A stretch of 64,000 nt of DNA from an uncultured Acidobacteriota bacterium (GTDB lineage Bacteria; Acidobacteriota; Blastocatellia; RBC074), in contig CAWCGF010000039.1 of assembly GCA_963794955.1 (NCBI GenBank), positions 268,262 to 332,261 of the forward strand, in the 5' to 3' direction. Position numbers and translations under genes: made by a program. Below, in pieces: positions 1 through 11,286 of this stretch. Position 1 is the stretch's first letter, and every line of letters begins with the position of its first letter. The notes under the pieces were generated by a model. That model saw only the letters and a program-made list of their open reading frames with translations, was not told the origin of the DNA and ran no database searches.

Positions 1-239
1 GACTTCCTAAACATTAACAACGTAGACCTCGTTTGCCAGCAACACGAATATGGCATCTTCGGCGGACGTGCGGGCAGTTTACGCGCCTTGCTTGCGTGGC
101 TGGAACAAAAGACTGAACCAGCGAGGCAATAAACGTGCCGCGCTAAGCAAGACTGTCTAATTTTGGACAGCATTTTTTCCCCAGCCAACCGATGATGCTG
201 AGGGAAGTGAAAAATTTCAGAAGCAAGCGAGGAGACTCT

Positions 240-644
240 ATGCAACGTGCCGAAATTGAAGCGGAGCAACAACAGTTCAAGCAACAAATCAGCGAGCTAA
301 AAGCGGACATTACCAAACTCTCAGCACAACACGCAGCACTGGAGCAGGAGAACCAGCAGCATTCCCCACTTGTCCAGAAACTGGGCAAATACATCGGGTT
401 CGGCGCTGCCGGAAAGCTGGAATGGGTAGGCTTCAAACTCAACTTCAAGCAGGAAGAGTTGGCGCGCCTGGTAATGCACCCTGATGAGCGCGAGAACGGA
501 GTCGCCACCCTCTTGAGTATGGTGCCAGTCCATTCTAGCGAAACCACTCAACAGAAGATGGAGCGCATGGTCACAGAAAATCCATCCGCATTAGAACCAT
601 ATATCCGGCGCGTATACCAATCAGTGCTCAAAGCAGAACAGTGA
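240..644 (+). CDS. hypothetical coiled-coil protein (ORF 192..644 trimmed to the ATG that follows a GAGGAG Shine-Dalgarno)
   Basis: Open frame with a Q/E-rich coiled-coil-like N-terminus. GAGGAG lies 6 nt upstream of the ATG at 240. No family recognised. Confidence 0.4.
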   Translation: MQRAEIEAEQQQFKQQISELKADITKLSAQHAALEQENQQHSPLVQKLGKYIGFGAAGKLEWVGFKLNFKQEELARLVMHPDERENGVATLLSMVPVHSSETTQQKMERMVTENPSALEPYIRRVYQSVLKAEQ

Positions 645-648
645 TTGC

Positions 649-697
649 TCACTCGTCATCACGCGCCCGTTGAGCGTGATGACGAGTGAGACTCTGG
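649..697. terminator. 17-bp-stem inverted repeat (ctcactcgtcatcacgc ... gcgtgatgacgagtgag) just downstream of the stop of the 240..644 ORF
   Basis: Perfect inverted repeat read directly in the sequence. A partial third copy of ctcactcgtcatcac lies at ~751-765. Confidence 0.4.
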
Positions 698-784
698 CTC
701 CATAGGCTTTGATCTTGGGGGAGTAGAAGCCTGTGTTACTGAATTCTAGGGTCTCACTCGTCATCACACTGAACTAGCGAAGAG

Positions 785-869
785 GTACAGCAAACTTTCC
801 GGTTTGTTGCTGACTTCCGACGCAAATCACTGGTAAATACAGCAGCAAACCGGAAAGTTTGCTGTACCT
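785..869. repeat. hairpin-repeat family 1, long form (two palindromic cores, GCAAACTTTCCGGTTTG and CAAACCGGAAAGTTTGC, forming a ~23-bp stem)
   Basis: ggtacagcaaactttccggtttg ... caaaccggaaagtttgctgtacc are exact reverse complements. The element ends 16 nt before the ATG at 885. Confidence 0.6.
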
Positions 870-884
870 TTTCAGAGGAAAATT

Positions 885-1079
885 ATGTCACGACAAAATG
901 GAGACAAAGCCCGATTTGGGAAAGAACAACAGAAGAAGCTGCTGCGACGAAAGCAAACGTTGGCAGTGCGGCAATCGTTGGCAAGCAAGGCCGCAGACCT
1001 GCCAGCCTCGGAGCCAATAACCCCGACCGCGCCCAACACAGCGCCGGACAGCAACGATGCAGAGCCAGCTAGTCAGTAG
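885..1079 (+). CDS. small K/R-rich hypothetical protein (64 aa)
   Basis: ORF directly downstream of the family-1 hairpin. Basic N-terminus and Pro/Ala-rich tail. No family recognised, so it may be non-coding. Confidence 0.3.
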   Translation: MSRQNGDKARFGKEQQKKLLRRKQTLAVRQSLASKAADLPASEPITPTAPNTAPDSNDAEPASQ

Positions 1080-1089
1080 GAGAACGCCG

Positions 1090-1512
1090 ATGTTGAATAT
1101 TATCGAGATGGCGCTGGCATCCAGCTACTTAAGCACGTTGCACGCGGCCATCCAAGCCGCTGGCTGGTCGCAGATGCTTTCCCAGCCGGGGCCATTTACC
1201 CTGTTCGCCCCAAACGAAGAGGCCTTTGCGAAACTTCCGCTCGGCAGCGTTGAGGATTTGCTCAAAGACATTCCCAAACTACAGGAAATTCTCGCATACC
1301 ACATTGTGGAAGGAAGCGAGGTGCGAGCAGAACTCATGCAGCAAGCCTCGATGCGAACGTTGCACGGACGAAAAATCAGTATCGCCTTGAATAATGGCAT
1401 CAAGGTCAATCAGGCAAACCTGGTCGAGGCAGACATCGCTTGTGAGAATGGCGTTATCCACATCATTGATGCGGTGCTGATGATGCCCACGATTAAATTT
1501 ACAGTCGCCTGA
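1090..1512 (+). CDS. fasciclin (FAS1) domain protein
   Basis: FTLFAPNEEAF ... ILAYHIVEG ... VIHIIDAVLMP are classic FAS1 H1/H2 motifs. AGGAG lies 8 nt upstream of the ATG at 1090. The frame overlaps the end of the previous ORF. Confidence 0.8.
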   Translation: MLNIIEMALASSYLSTLHAAIQAAGWSQMLSQPGPFTLFAPNEEAFAKLPLGSVEDLLKDIPKLQEILAYHIVEGSEVRAELMQQASMRTLHGRKISIALNNGIKVNQANLVEADIACENGVIHIIDAVLMMPTIKFTVA

Positions 1513-1515
1513 TGA

Positions 1516-1602
1516 AGGTAGAGCAAACTTTCCAGTTTGCTCATGTTTCCCCAAGCGATCCGTCGTTATGACCGGAGCAAACTGGAAAGTTTGCTCTACC
1601 TT
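1516..1602. repeat. hairpin-repeat family 1, long form, copy 2, immediately upstream of groEL
   Basis: gaaggtagagcaaactttccagtttgctc ... gagcaaactggaaagtttgctctacctt. The arms are exact reverse complements. The element ends 19 nt before the groEL ATG. Confidence 0.6.
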
Positions 1603-1611
1603 TCAGAATAG

Positions 1612-3264
<1,653 letters not shown>

Positions 3265-3307
3265 CCAGCGCATAACGCGTCAGATCATAAGAGGGCGCTG
3301 ACGTGCA

Positions 3308-3340
3308 ATGGACAGTAAACTTGCTAGTTTGCTGTCCATT
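3308..3340. repeat. hairpin-repeat family 1, short form, copy 3
   Basis: atggacagtaaacttgctagtttgctgtccatt. The stem is GGACAG(T/C)AAACT / AGTTTGCTGTCC. It ends 15 nt before the ATG at 3355. Confidence 0.5.
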
Positions 3341-3354
3341 TTCCAAGGAGATGA

Positions 3355-3573
3355 GTGATGGCGAACTTTGAAATTTATCAGGATACGCAAGGCGATTACT
3401 GTTGGCGGTTTCAAGCGAATAATGGAAAGATTCTGGCCACGTCCGATGAAAGCTTCCATAATCGGCTAAATTGTGAACATGCCATTATTTTGCTGAAACA
3501 ACAGGCACCCAAAGCCTCAATTAGTGTAGAATTGCGCGCCGGCAATCAATTGAAAAAAGGCAGTGAAATCTAA
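3355..3573 (+). CDS. YegP/DUF1508 (UPF0339) family small protein
   Basis: FEIYQD..GDYCWRFQANNGKILATSDESF matches the duplicated DUF1508 motif (FE.Y.D..G.WRW.L.A.NG..IA.S). Confidence 0.7.
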   Translation: MMANFEIYQDTQGDYCWRFQANNGKILATSDESFHNRLNCEHAIILLKQQAPKASISVELRAGNQLKKGSEI

Positions 3574-3665
3574 GGCTGACGATTCCTAGTGGATTTCACT
3601 CCATCCATGCTGGGGAGGTTGCGCGAATGAAATGAAGCAACACCCTACCAACTTAGAGTGATCCC

Positions 3666-3881
3666 ATGATCTTATGTGAATTATGCAAGCTGCAAGAACC
3701 CGACAACAGTTGCTCACGCGGCAACACAATCCCCAAAAAGATGAAATGCACGGATTTCACGCCTGGCATTGAGCGTTTTTGCGCAACCCCGGGCGATTAT
3801 GCGGGCAAGCAGCAGGTGTATCAGATGGCCTTGTTTTTTGGTTTGAAGGGGAAGGAACTCAAGCGCGTGCAGATGATGTAG
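3666..3881 (+). CDS. hypothetical Cys-containing small protein (71 aa)
   Basis: ORF only. No recognisable family. Confidence 0.3.
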   Translation: MILCELCKLQEPDNSCSRGNTIPKKMKCTDFTPGIERFCATPGDYAGKQQVYQMALFFGLKGKELKRVQMM

Positions 3882-3972
3882 CCAGCCGGAAGCCTGCGGC
3901 GCCTTTTCCGAGGGAAAAGCAGCCCAGCCCGCCCAGACGAGCTAACGCAGAAATATCAGCCCAGACGTTCGC

Positions 3973-4161
3973 TTACTTCTGTTGATTTTTGTCCGTGAGA
4001 TGAAAGCTAATCAGCCCTTGCTCAATTTCCGCAAGAGCGATGCGAGTGGCCTTCGCTTCCGTCAGCCGGACACGTTGCCGTGCCCCATTCTGAAGCTGTT
4101 TGGTACGCTGCGCTGCTAATAGAACTTTACGATACTTATTATTATCAAGCTTGGTTTTCAT
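3973..4161 (-). CDS. rpoZ: DNA-directed RNA polymerase omega subunit
   Basis: NKYRKVLLAAQRTKQLQNGAR ... TRIALAEIEQGLI parallels the conserved RpoZ core (NRF.LVL.AAKRARQL..G ... ALREI..G.I). Confidence 0.65.
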   Translation of the reverse strand: MKTKLDNNKYRKVLLAAQRTKQLQNGARQRVRLTEAKATRIALAEIEQGLISFHLTDKNQQK

Positions 4162-4185
4162 AAGTTGATTTGCGGTGTGTAGACG

Positions 4186-4213
4186 GACAGCAAATTTTCC
4201 AGTTTGCTGTCCA
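4186..4213. repeat. hairpin-repeat family 1, short form, copy 4 (ggacagcaaattttccagtttgctgtcc)
   Basis: 12-bp arms with a TTCC-type loop. It lies 25 nt upstream of the rpoZ start on the minus strand and just downstream of the radical SAM gene stop. Confidence 0.5.
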
Positions 4214-4222
4214 TTGCGGACG

Positions 4223-5800
4223 TCAATTCTTCGGTTCTACTCCAGCGGGTTGTGGAGTAAGTTCTAAATCTGCGCCCAGAGTCTTTGGCGTTTTGCGCGC
4301 GCTGCGCCAGGCAGCCCAGCCCTCTTTGGTAAGCTGATAGATAATGCTACGATTTTGCCAGGTTACTTTCAGCCAGTCGCGTTTGCCCATTTGCGGAAAG
4401 TAGATGCCACGAAAACAAAGGCGTGCGATCAAATGCCCGATGCGATAGCCAATCGGCTTGTCACTGATCGAAGTAATGGCTTCCGCGTTGCGCTCAGGGC
4501 TATACGAAGTCGCCCAGCCATGATTCACCTCGACTTGGGCTTCGGGAATGGTTAGCTTCAGCGGCGTGTGTGCCATTTGAAACGGCGCAAAATCCATCCA
4601 ATGTTTCGGGCGCGTCAGACGTCCGGCTTCTTGCAAGCGGGCATAGAGTGGCGTCGAAGGAAACGGCGTGAGTTGCCCAAAGACGGGCAAGCCCGGCGGC
4701 CAGCTATGCACCTGTTCCAGCGTGCGTGCGGCCACCCCTGGCGTGTCATTGTCCATCCCGAAAATAAACGAAGTGATCGCGTACACGTTGCGTTGCGCCA
4801 GACGACTTAGCACCGCAGCATACTCGCTCGGTTTATTAAACCCTTTGTTGACGCCCGCCAAATTGACGGGATCAATGGATTCCATGCCAATAAACACCCA
4901 CTTGCCACCCGAAGCGGCAATTAGATCAACCAGTTCCTCATCACGTAACAAATTCGCACTGATCTGTGCGACCCAATTCACTTGTGCGCCCGCTTCGATG
5001 ATAGCGCGCAGCAAGGATTTCGTGCGCTTGATATTGATGGCTAAATTGTCATCAATGAAAAAGACTGCGACCTGTCCATTTTCTCGCTTGGCGCGCGCTT
5101 TCAAACGCAATAGTTCATCCACGACGCTTTCATTCGTGCGGAAGCGGATCGAGTCGCCAAAGAAACCGGTGACGGTGCAAAATTCGCAGCCATACGGACA
5201 GCCGCGCCCGGTTTCTATCGGCACTAAATGAAAATTGCCCCAGCCCACGCGCTTCAGCAACGGGCGCAGCACACCAGGGATAATATTGAATTGCGCCAGA
5301 TCAAGCGTCTCCCAAGGAATCGAAGGATACGGTTGCAGGCTGGGCTTGATGTCATTGCCCTTCCCATCAACTTGGGGTTGATAGACCTCTTTCAGTTCGC
5401 CACGGGCGGCATCCGCAATAATGAGCGGCCAGGTTTCATCCGCTTCGCCCAGCGCAATGGCATCGGCATGCCGCGGGCCGCCGTCGCGTCCCAAGGCTTC
5501 ATCCGGCAATTCCGTGACGTGCGGCCCGCCCATCACAACCTTAATGCCAGCCGCGCGCAAAGCATCCGCCACACGATACGCCTTCGCCACCATCCGCGTC
5601 ATCGCGCCAATGCCGACCAGACCAATGCCCTGTTCCCGGACATATTGCACGAGTTCGGCTTCGTTCATGGCATGCGTATTGCCGTCCACCAAGATGACTT
5701 CATGTTCAGGGGGTGTGAGGGATTGCAAAAGAAACATCCACAAATGCGGCATAAAATTGCGCGTCACACCATTATCGGGGTTGTAGAGCAGAATTTTCAT
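4223..5800 (-). CDS. B12-binding radical SAM protein (class B methyltransferase-like, DUF4070-type C-terminus)
   Basis: N-terminal cobalamin-binding-like region, then a GRGCPYGCEFCTV CxxxCxxC radical SAM motif. The ~525 aa size fits HpnP/BchE-like class B enzymes. Specific function not determinable. Confidence 0.85.
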   Translation of the reverse strand: MKILLYNPDNGVTRNFMPHLWMFLLQSLTPPEHEVILVDGNTHAMNEAELVQYVREQGIGLVGIGAMTRMVAKAYRVADALRAAGIKVVMGGPHVTELPDEALGRDGGPRHADAIALGEADETWPLIIADAARGELKEVYQPQVDGKGNDIKPSLQPYPSIPWETLDLAQFNIIPGVLRPLLKRVGWGNFHLVPIETGRGCPYGCEFCTVTGFFGDSIRFRTNESVVDELLRLKARAKRENGQVAVFFIDDNLAINIKRTKSLLRAIIEAGAQVNWVAQISANLLRDEELVDLIAASGGKWVFIGMESIDPVNLAGVNKGFNKPSEYAAVLSRLAQRNVYAITSFIFGMDNDTPGVAARTLEQVHSWPPGLPVFGQLTPFPSTPLYARLQEAGRLTRPKHWMDFAPFQMAHTPLKLTIPEAQVEVNHGWATSYSPERNAEAITSISDKPIGYRIGHLIARLCFRGIYFPQMGKRDWLKVTWQNRSIIYQLTKEGWAAWRSARKTPKTLGADLELTPQPAGVEPKN

Positions 5801-6034
5801 AATGACTTTCTACGCCGCTTCGCAAGCAGCCTCAATAAATGGGAAAATGAAAAGGGTCGAAGAAGGGTTCTAAATTGACACGAAACGCACAATAGCAAGC
5901 AGAATTAGAGCAGCTTGAGCAGGAAGCACGTCGTAAGCGGAAAAATCAAAACCTTTGCCAAGATCGGCCATTTTGCCCATTCGGCGTACACCAACACCAA
6001 TGTGGAGCTGTCCTTCAGAGGCAGCACAGTGAGT

Positions 6035-6382
6035 TTAAGCCTTGGTATGAACAAGGCGGCGCACACGGTCAGAGAAGAGGACATCAATCTTCCCCTGGTC
6101 AACGACGGCGGTCACCTCGCCCATGCCGAAGGTGGGATGCAGCATGGTTTGCCCTTTACGATAGGTAATGCCCCAGTTGTAGGGCGCGCCTTCCGCCATA
6201 GCTCCAATCAGGTTCAGGTTGTCGCTTTTCTTAAAGCGGCTGCGGGTATCGCATTGTGGGCATTTCACCGACGCGATCTGCCCGCTTTTACTGATGGAAG
6301 CGACGATGTGACCACGCACTTCGCCACACAACACGCAAAGCTTTTGCACCCGATCACCGACAGCAGATAAATGGTTTTCCAT
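6035..6382 (-). CDS. hypothetical zinc-ribbon protein (115 aa)
   Basis: CVLCGE...CPQCD four-Cys motif. Start set at MENHLS, preceded by AAGGAG. The longer annotated ORF has no Shine-Dalgarno. Confidence 0.45.
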   Translation of the reverse strand: MENHLSAVGDRVQKLCVLCGEVRGHIVASISKSGQIASVKCPQCDTRSRFKKSDNLNLIGAMAEGAPYNWGITYRKGQTMLHPTFGMGEVTAVVDQGKIDVLFSDRVRRLVHTKA

Positions 6383-6431
6383 AAAATCTCCTTGTAAGTT
6401 TCTTGCTTGCCATTTGTCCGTGCAAGGGGTT

Positions 6432-6743
6432 TTAGTAACGAGACGAGCGGTCGCCGCCATAGCCACCGCCGCCACCGCGCTGACCATCACGGTTCTCGCG
6501 CGGTCGGGCCTCGTTCACCACCAAACTCCGCCCATTGATATCTTTGCCATTTAATTGCGAAATGGCCTTCTGGCCTTCATCTTGAGAAGACATCTGCACG
6601 AAACCGAAACCGCGCGAACGCCCTGTTTCGCGGTCCGTCACAATAGAAGCGGATTCGACTGTGCCAGCGGGAGTAAACAGCTCTTGCAATTCTTCGCCGG
6701 TCATTTGGTAATCGAGATTCGCTACATAAAGTTTCATTGACAT
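6432..6743 (-). CDS. RRM-type glycine-rich RNA-binding protein
   Basis: RNP2 (LYVANL) and RNP1 (RGFGFVQM) motifs with a GGGGGYGG tail. Confidence 0.85.
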   Translation of the reverse strand: MSMKLYVANLDYQMTGEELQELFTPAGTVESASIVTDRETGRSRGFGFVQMSSQDEGQKAISQLNGKDINGRSLVVNEARPRENRDGQRGGGGGYGGDRSSRY

Positions 6744-7580
6744 AGAATTTGTACCTTAGTTCTTGCGCAGGATCGTTGAGAAAACCTTTGCTTGCTTGGT
6801 TGGCTGTCGAGACAGGTAATTGCCCGCCGACCAGACAGCCGATAATTAATTTGATTGCTAGCGTTATTCGTACTGCGGCATGAACGAATAGAATGTCCGG
6901 CTGAAAGCGTGGTAAAGCCAATGAATAATAGACCAGAAACTGGCCGATTCTTGCCAGGAAGGAGTCGCTTGTTTGACTGGATTCGTGTCACGTTGCTTTC
7001 GGCTACGCCAGGACTGCAATTTAGGGACCAATCAGTGGCGTACTCGCGGCATAGAGAATTCGGTGGCGTGAAAGCGACAGTGATTAAGTCAGTGGATTGA
7101 CGCGAACACTATATGCTATTAGCCGGGTGAATACAACTCACACCTCCCAACGCCTGCCCACAGCGCGCCTGGCGGCCACGCAAAAAGCCCTGCTTGACAA
7201 GGGGGGAACAGCAGCGTAGGGTGGCGAAGAATCGAAGCTGGCTTCTCCGGTTCTCAGCTCTCCTGAAATCCTTCAGATCAGTTGAAGTCATTAGCACACC
7301 ACCCCGCGAGCTAAGCCCCCGCCTTACTCTCGCCCCGTCAGAATTAGTCACCTACCTGGAATAAGTGACTGGCTCATAAAAAGGATTCGCTATGGCCCTG
7401 CCAAAAAGCGCCGTCGAACTGCGGCGCAGAATATTATTTCTTATTGGGAGCGCGCTTCGCTCGCTAAAAGTTAAGCACAACCCCCAAAGCCTCTCGATTG
7501 ATCCCAGGAATCATCGGCTCAAAAACACCCGACCGCTGTTCACCAGCAAACAATAATTTGACAGAGAAAGGGCTGCGCGT

Positions 7581-7859
7581 ATGCGGATCGAACTGGCGCA
7601 TGTATGCGACCGATCTATCACCGGGGGCTTTATTGATTTTGTGGTCTTCAAGGCCGATGCCAATAGTGGAATGGATAGTGATCGCGACGAATTATTGCTG
7701 GATTTAACGACCCGAGCACGCGCAGAGGGATTAAATGTTCAGAAATCGGCGCTGGCTTTTAGCGAGCAGGGGCGCGTCATGTTTTATGGCACACCTGACC
7801 TGGTAGAATACCTCTCCCGTCATGGCGTTCCGCAATGGACACACGTGCTCAACTTATAA
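7581..7859 (+). CDS. hypothetical protein (92 aa)
   Basis: ORF with reasonable codon usage. No family recognised. Confidence 0.35.
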   Translation: MRIELAHVCDRSITGGFIDFVVFKADANSGMDSDRDELLLDLTTRARAEGLNVQKSALAFSEQGRVMFYGTPDLVEYLSRHGVPQWTHVLNL

Positions 7860-7976
7860 CGGTTTGCCACTGGGTGCGGGACGCGGCAGCAGGCGCTTTC
7901 TGGTCAGAGGCAGATCGCCAGCACGCTTAGCCTGCGCTTGACGCACGCCACACCAGCTAGTTGAAAAGAGGAAAAG

Positions 7977-8195
7977 ATGTACATCAAAGTTAAGGATATT
8001 ATTATCAACACTGACCAGATAACCCACGTCGAATGGCGCAAGATCAACGCGGGGTCTCCGAGTGAAACGCGCAATCTAATTATCAACTTTTCGGTGACGG
8101 CCAATGGCTCTCTGAGCCTGCGGGAAGATGAAGAAGTAAAACAGGTCTGGGCTTTTTTAGAAAAGCAGTGTCAGGTCATTGCGTTAAAGCAATAA
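7977..8195 (+). CDS. hypothetical protein (72 aa)
   Basis: AGAGGAAAAG Shine-Dalgarno directly before the ATG. No family recognised. Confidence 0.35.
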   Translation: MYIKVKDIIINTDQITHVEWRKINAGSPSETRNLIINFSVTANGSLSLREDEEVKQVWAFLEKQCQVIALKQ

Positions 8196-8211
8196 GTTTC
8201 ATCCGCAACGG

Positions 8212-9753
8212 CTAGTTTTCTTTCACAAACAGCCTCAGTTTCACGCCGGGCCGCAAGGTAAATTCCCGCTCTTCGTACTTTCCCAGCAACTTCTTCGTGG
8301 CCACTTCTTGTTGATTGTCAGCGGCGATCAGCGCTGGCCCGTCGAACTTCTCCGGTACTTCCTGACTGTAACCAGAGATCTGATAGTCGCGCAGGTACCA
8401 GGGCAGCGGCCAGTAATCCGGCGAGGAAATATAAACTGCCGACGGCTTCACGCGATAAATCGTCTGCACCAGGTTCAGCAAATCTTTATCCGTTTGCGCA
8501 TAAACATAGCCATATTGTGTATCGGTATAGGCCCGCAACTTGAGCCGCTCGCCCCACGCTTTGAAATAAGCCGTGTGGTTTTCATTGTCATCGTAGTTCA
8601 CGAAATTCACCTGCCAGGTAGTTTTGGCAATCGGCACAGCAAGAGCCAGGAGCAAGGCGATAAAAGCCATTTGCGGCAGAGTGAAGCGCAGCACAGAAAA
8701 AAGCTCTTGCGCCACGTAGCCGCTGAAGACCGCCAGCGCAATCAACATACTTACCATCAGCCACGGTGTTTTGTACGGGATCAGTGAGTAGCCCAAAAAC
8801 ATCCCGCACGCCCACGCCATCGTGAATAACCCAAACCGTGTCCCGCGCCACAACGTCACAACCGCGCCGATAATTGCGGCGAGCACCAACGGCAATTCCA
8901 ACTTCACTAAAATCCCCAGATAGTAACCGAAGGCATGATCGTGAATGCCTTCTTTCACGCCACGCCCCGTCCACATAAACACGGAGCGCAAAAAATCTAT
9001 TGGCCCCTTCGCATTGGTAAAAAACGACGTGTAGAAAACGATGTAAACGGTGAGAAAAATCAGCAGGAAAAGTGGAGCGGACCGCACAAGATACAGGGCG
9101 AGTTGTCGTAGCGGCAAACGGGGGAAGGATTCCCCCTTCACCCGCTGCCGCAAGTAATCCCAGGTAATGGCACAAAGCACCGAAAGCAGTAAAACGACAA
9201 CGGTATGAATCGAGGTCTCTTTCGTGACAAAGAGCAATCCGGCAAAAACTGAAAACAGAATCAAGCTATATTTCTGCCGCCATTGATGCGCGGCAACAAG
9301 CATCCCGACCGTAAAAAATCCAAACGAGGATTCGTGAATAAAGTCTCGCGAGTAGTACACCAAGCCCGGACACAAAGCCAAACTCCAGGCGGCAACGGGC
9401 AGCCCAACCAATCCCAACCCGCGCCGCAACCCCCACAGCCAAACCACCGTTAAGACGCCGCACAACGACGGAAACGCGCGCAAGGCAAAATCACTGGAGC
9501 CGATTGTTTTCAGAACAATGAGAACGAAATAGTACAGCGAAGGTCCGTGATAATTCGCCGGGTCATATTTGTATTCGCCGCGCGTCGCCAGATTCGTCAG
9601 AAAGTACGAATTGACGCCTTCGTCGTGATGCAGTGGTTTGAGTTCCAGCAGATAAAAGCGCAGAAAAATCGCGGCAGCGACGGCTAAGAGGTACGCAATT
9701 GTGCTGATGATTTCCGCGTTTCGGTTGGCAGTAATGCCCGTTTCCTGCTCCAT
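8212..9753 (-). CDS. GT-C fold (ArnT/PMT-like, TIGR03663-like) polytopic membrane glycosyltransferase-like protein
   Basis: About 11 hydrophobic helices. An HDEG motif sits in the first periplasmic loop, as in GT39/GT83 enzymes. The C-terminal ~150 aa are a soluble domain. An alternative TTG start is at 9792. Confidence 0.7.
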   Translation of the reverse strand: MEQETGITANRNAEIISTIAYLLAVAAAIFLRFYLLELKPLHHDEGVNSYFLTNLATRGEYKYDPANYHGPSLYYFVLIVLKTIGSSDFALRAFPSLCGVLTVVWLWGLRRGLGLVGLPVAAWSLALCPGLVYYSRDFIHESSFGFFTVGMLVAAHQWRQKYSLILFSVFAGLLFVTKETSIHTVVVLLLSVLCAITWDYLRQRVKGESFPRLPLRQLALYLVRSAPLFLLIFLTVYIVFYTSFFTNAKGPIDFLRSVFMWTGRGVKEGIHDHAFGYYLGILVKLELPLVLAAIIGAVVTLWRGTRFGLFTMAWACGMFLGYSLIPYKTPWLMVSMLIALAVFSGYVAQELFSVLRFTLPQMAFIALLLALAVPIAKTTWQVNFVNYDDNENHTAYFKAWGERLKLRAYTDTQYGYVYAQTDKDLLNLVQTIYRVKPSAVYISSPDYWPLPWYLRDYQISGYSQEVPEKFDGPALIAADNQQEVATKKLLGKYEEREFTLRPGVKLRLFVKEN

Positions 9754-9795
9754 TCTTGTGTCAAGTCTCAAATCTCGAATTTCCAATCTCAAATC

Positions 9796-11115
9796 TTAAA
9801 GGAGGCCCCGCGCTTTGACTTCCAGGTATTTATTCACCAACTGAAACGATAATTGCCCAGCCGGTACGTCCAGCGCAAGTCCGCCCAATTCGGTAATCCG
9901 TGCCAATGCTTCTTCGCGTTGCTGCAATAATTCTTCGGCGACGCTTTGCCGGTATACGTCACCTACTTTTTGAGGCAATTCCGCGGCCAGAGCACGCAAA
10001 TCGTTATCGCCGATAGTGACAATCAATGGTAAGTGACGCGGCATTAGCGTTGCCGTATAAGCCAGCAACTCGGCGGAAGCTTCGCGGTCAATCAAGTCCG
10101 TCAAAATAATCACCAGCGAACGGCGTTTGCAATGCAGCGAAAAATACTGAAAGGCGCGCGCGTATGAAGGCTCAATCATGCTCGGCTTCAGGTTATACAA
10201 GGCTTCGAGCATCGCATTGACTTGCGCATTGCCTTGTTGCGGCGGCAGGTACGTCACAACCTCACGCGTGAAGGCGAGCAGGCCAACATTATCCGCGCCG
10301 CGATTGGCAACAAAGCCAACCGCGAGCGCGGCATTGATCGCATGATCCAGCTTCGACAAATTATCAATGCGCGAAGTCATCAGGCGTCCGGCGTCTACCA
10401 TCACGACAATGTTTTGATTGCGTTCGGCTTGATATTGACGCGTCACCAATTTGCCGCGCCGTGCCGTCGCCGTCCACGAAATATGCCGCAGCGCATCGCC
10501 GCGCACATAATCGCGCAGGCTTTCAAATTCCCTGCCCTGCCCTTTTAATCGCGTGCGCCGAATGCCAATTTGCAAGAGGCGATTGCGCTGCGCAAGCAGC
10601 TCTTGTTGCTTCGCGGCACTCAGATTTGGATAGACTTTGACGCTTTGCGCAGCAGGGATGCGGGCTTGCTTGATGACCAAACCAAAGGGCGCAGGCCAGC
10701 GCAAAACAAAATCGCCAAAATGATAATCGCCGCGCGCAGCCGCAAACAGCTTATAGCTTCGCATCACGGAGTTGCGCGCCTTGCGCGGAATCGTGATTTC
10801 CATCAATCGTTCGCCGCGCAATTCCAAATCCGGCGGATATTCGTCTTTTAGGCTAAAGGTAATGTCTCGCGTCGGACGCATGGCGAGTTCAATCTGCACT
10901 TCATTTTCCGCGCCGATGATGAAGCGTTGCGATAAATGCCGCGTGACCGAAATCTGCGCCACGTCTTCCGCCCGCCGATAATCCAGCCACGCCGTCAATA
11001 ATAACGCCACGTTCCAACCGACGAGCAGCCACTTGCTGCCCGCCCACGGCCAGGTGAGCAACGGCGGAATTACGCCCAGGATGAGTAAGATAAAAAAACG
11101 TCGCGTGAATATCAT
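9796..11115 (-). CDS. DUF58 domain protein (MoxR-associated, vWA-like)
   Basis: N-terminal transmembrane pair followed by a DUF58 core ([10 protein letters not shown]...). DUF58 proteins are the usual partners of MoxR ATPases. Confidence 0.8.
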   Translation of the reverse strand: MIFTRRFFILLILGVIPPLLTWPWAGSKWLLVGWNVALLLTAWLDYRRAEDVAQISVTRHLSQRFIIGAENEVQIELAMRPTRDITFSLKDEYPPDLELRGERLMEITIPRKARNSVMRSYKLFAAARGDYHFGDFVLRWPAPFGLVIKQARIPAAQSVKVYPNLSAAKQQELLAQRNRLLQIGIRRTRLKGQGREFESLRDYVRGDALRHISWTATARRGKLVTRQYQAERNQNIVVMVDAGRLMTSRIDNLSKLDHAINAALAVGFVANRGADNVGLLAFTREVVTYLPPQQGNAQVNAMLEALYNLKPSMIEPSYARAFQYFSLHCKRRSLVIILTDLIDREASAELLAYTATLMPRHLPLIVTIGDNDLRALAAELPQKVGDVYRQSVAEELLQQREEALARITELGGLALDVPAGQLSFQLVNKYLEVKARGLL

Positions 11116-11135
11116 AACAATAGCAACTGGCAGCA

Positions 11136-11218
11136 GGCGTCATGAGTTCAAGCTTTAGCTTGTTTTCGATGGATTCCCTACCGCGTGAGGCGCAAGCTGA
11201 AGCTTGAACTCATGACGC
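11136..11218. repeat. hairpin-repeat family 2, copy 1 (gcgtcatgagttcaagctttagcttg ... caagctgaagcttgaactcatgacgc)
   Basis: ~26-bp imperfect stem. It shares the GAGTTCAAGCTTCAGCTTG core with the element at 40940..41001. Confidence 0.5.
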
Positions 11219-11286
11219 CGCTTCATCACGGGATACATTTTCTGGCGAGATTGAGATGCCGGAGCGATCTCTCCCCTTGCCCAGCA

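Noticed and set aside
7100-7400. tmRNA, RNase P RNA, SRP RNA or 6S RNA in the long intergenic region
   Set aside because: Both strands were checked for hallmark strings (tmRNA tag-peptide reading frame and CCA-proximal T-arm, RNase P P4 AGGAAAGUCCGGGCUC and ACAGAACCCGGCUUA, SRP GGAAGGAAGCAGC). Nothing better than short partial matches (e.g. cacccggctaata) was found. Not reported as a feature.
7585-7625. possible tRNA T-arm-like string (ggatcgaactggc)
   Set aside because: No acceptor stem, no anticodon arm and no GTTC-type T-loop context. It lies inside the start of an ORF and is part of an imperfect palindrome only.
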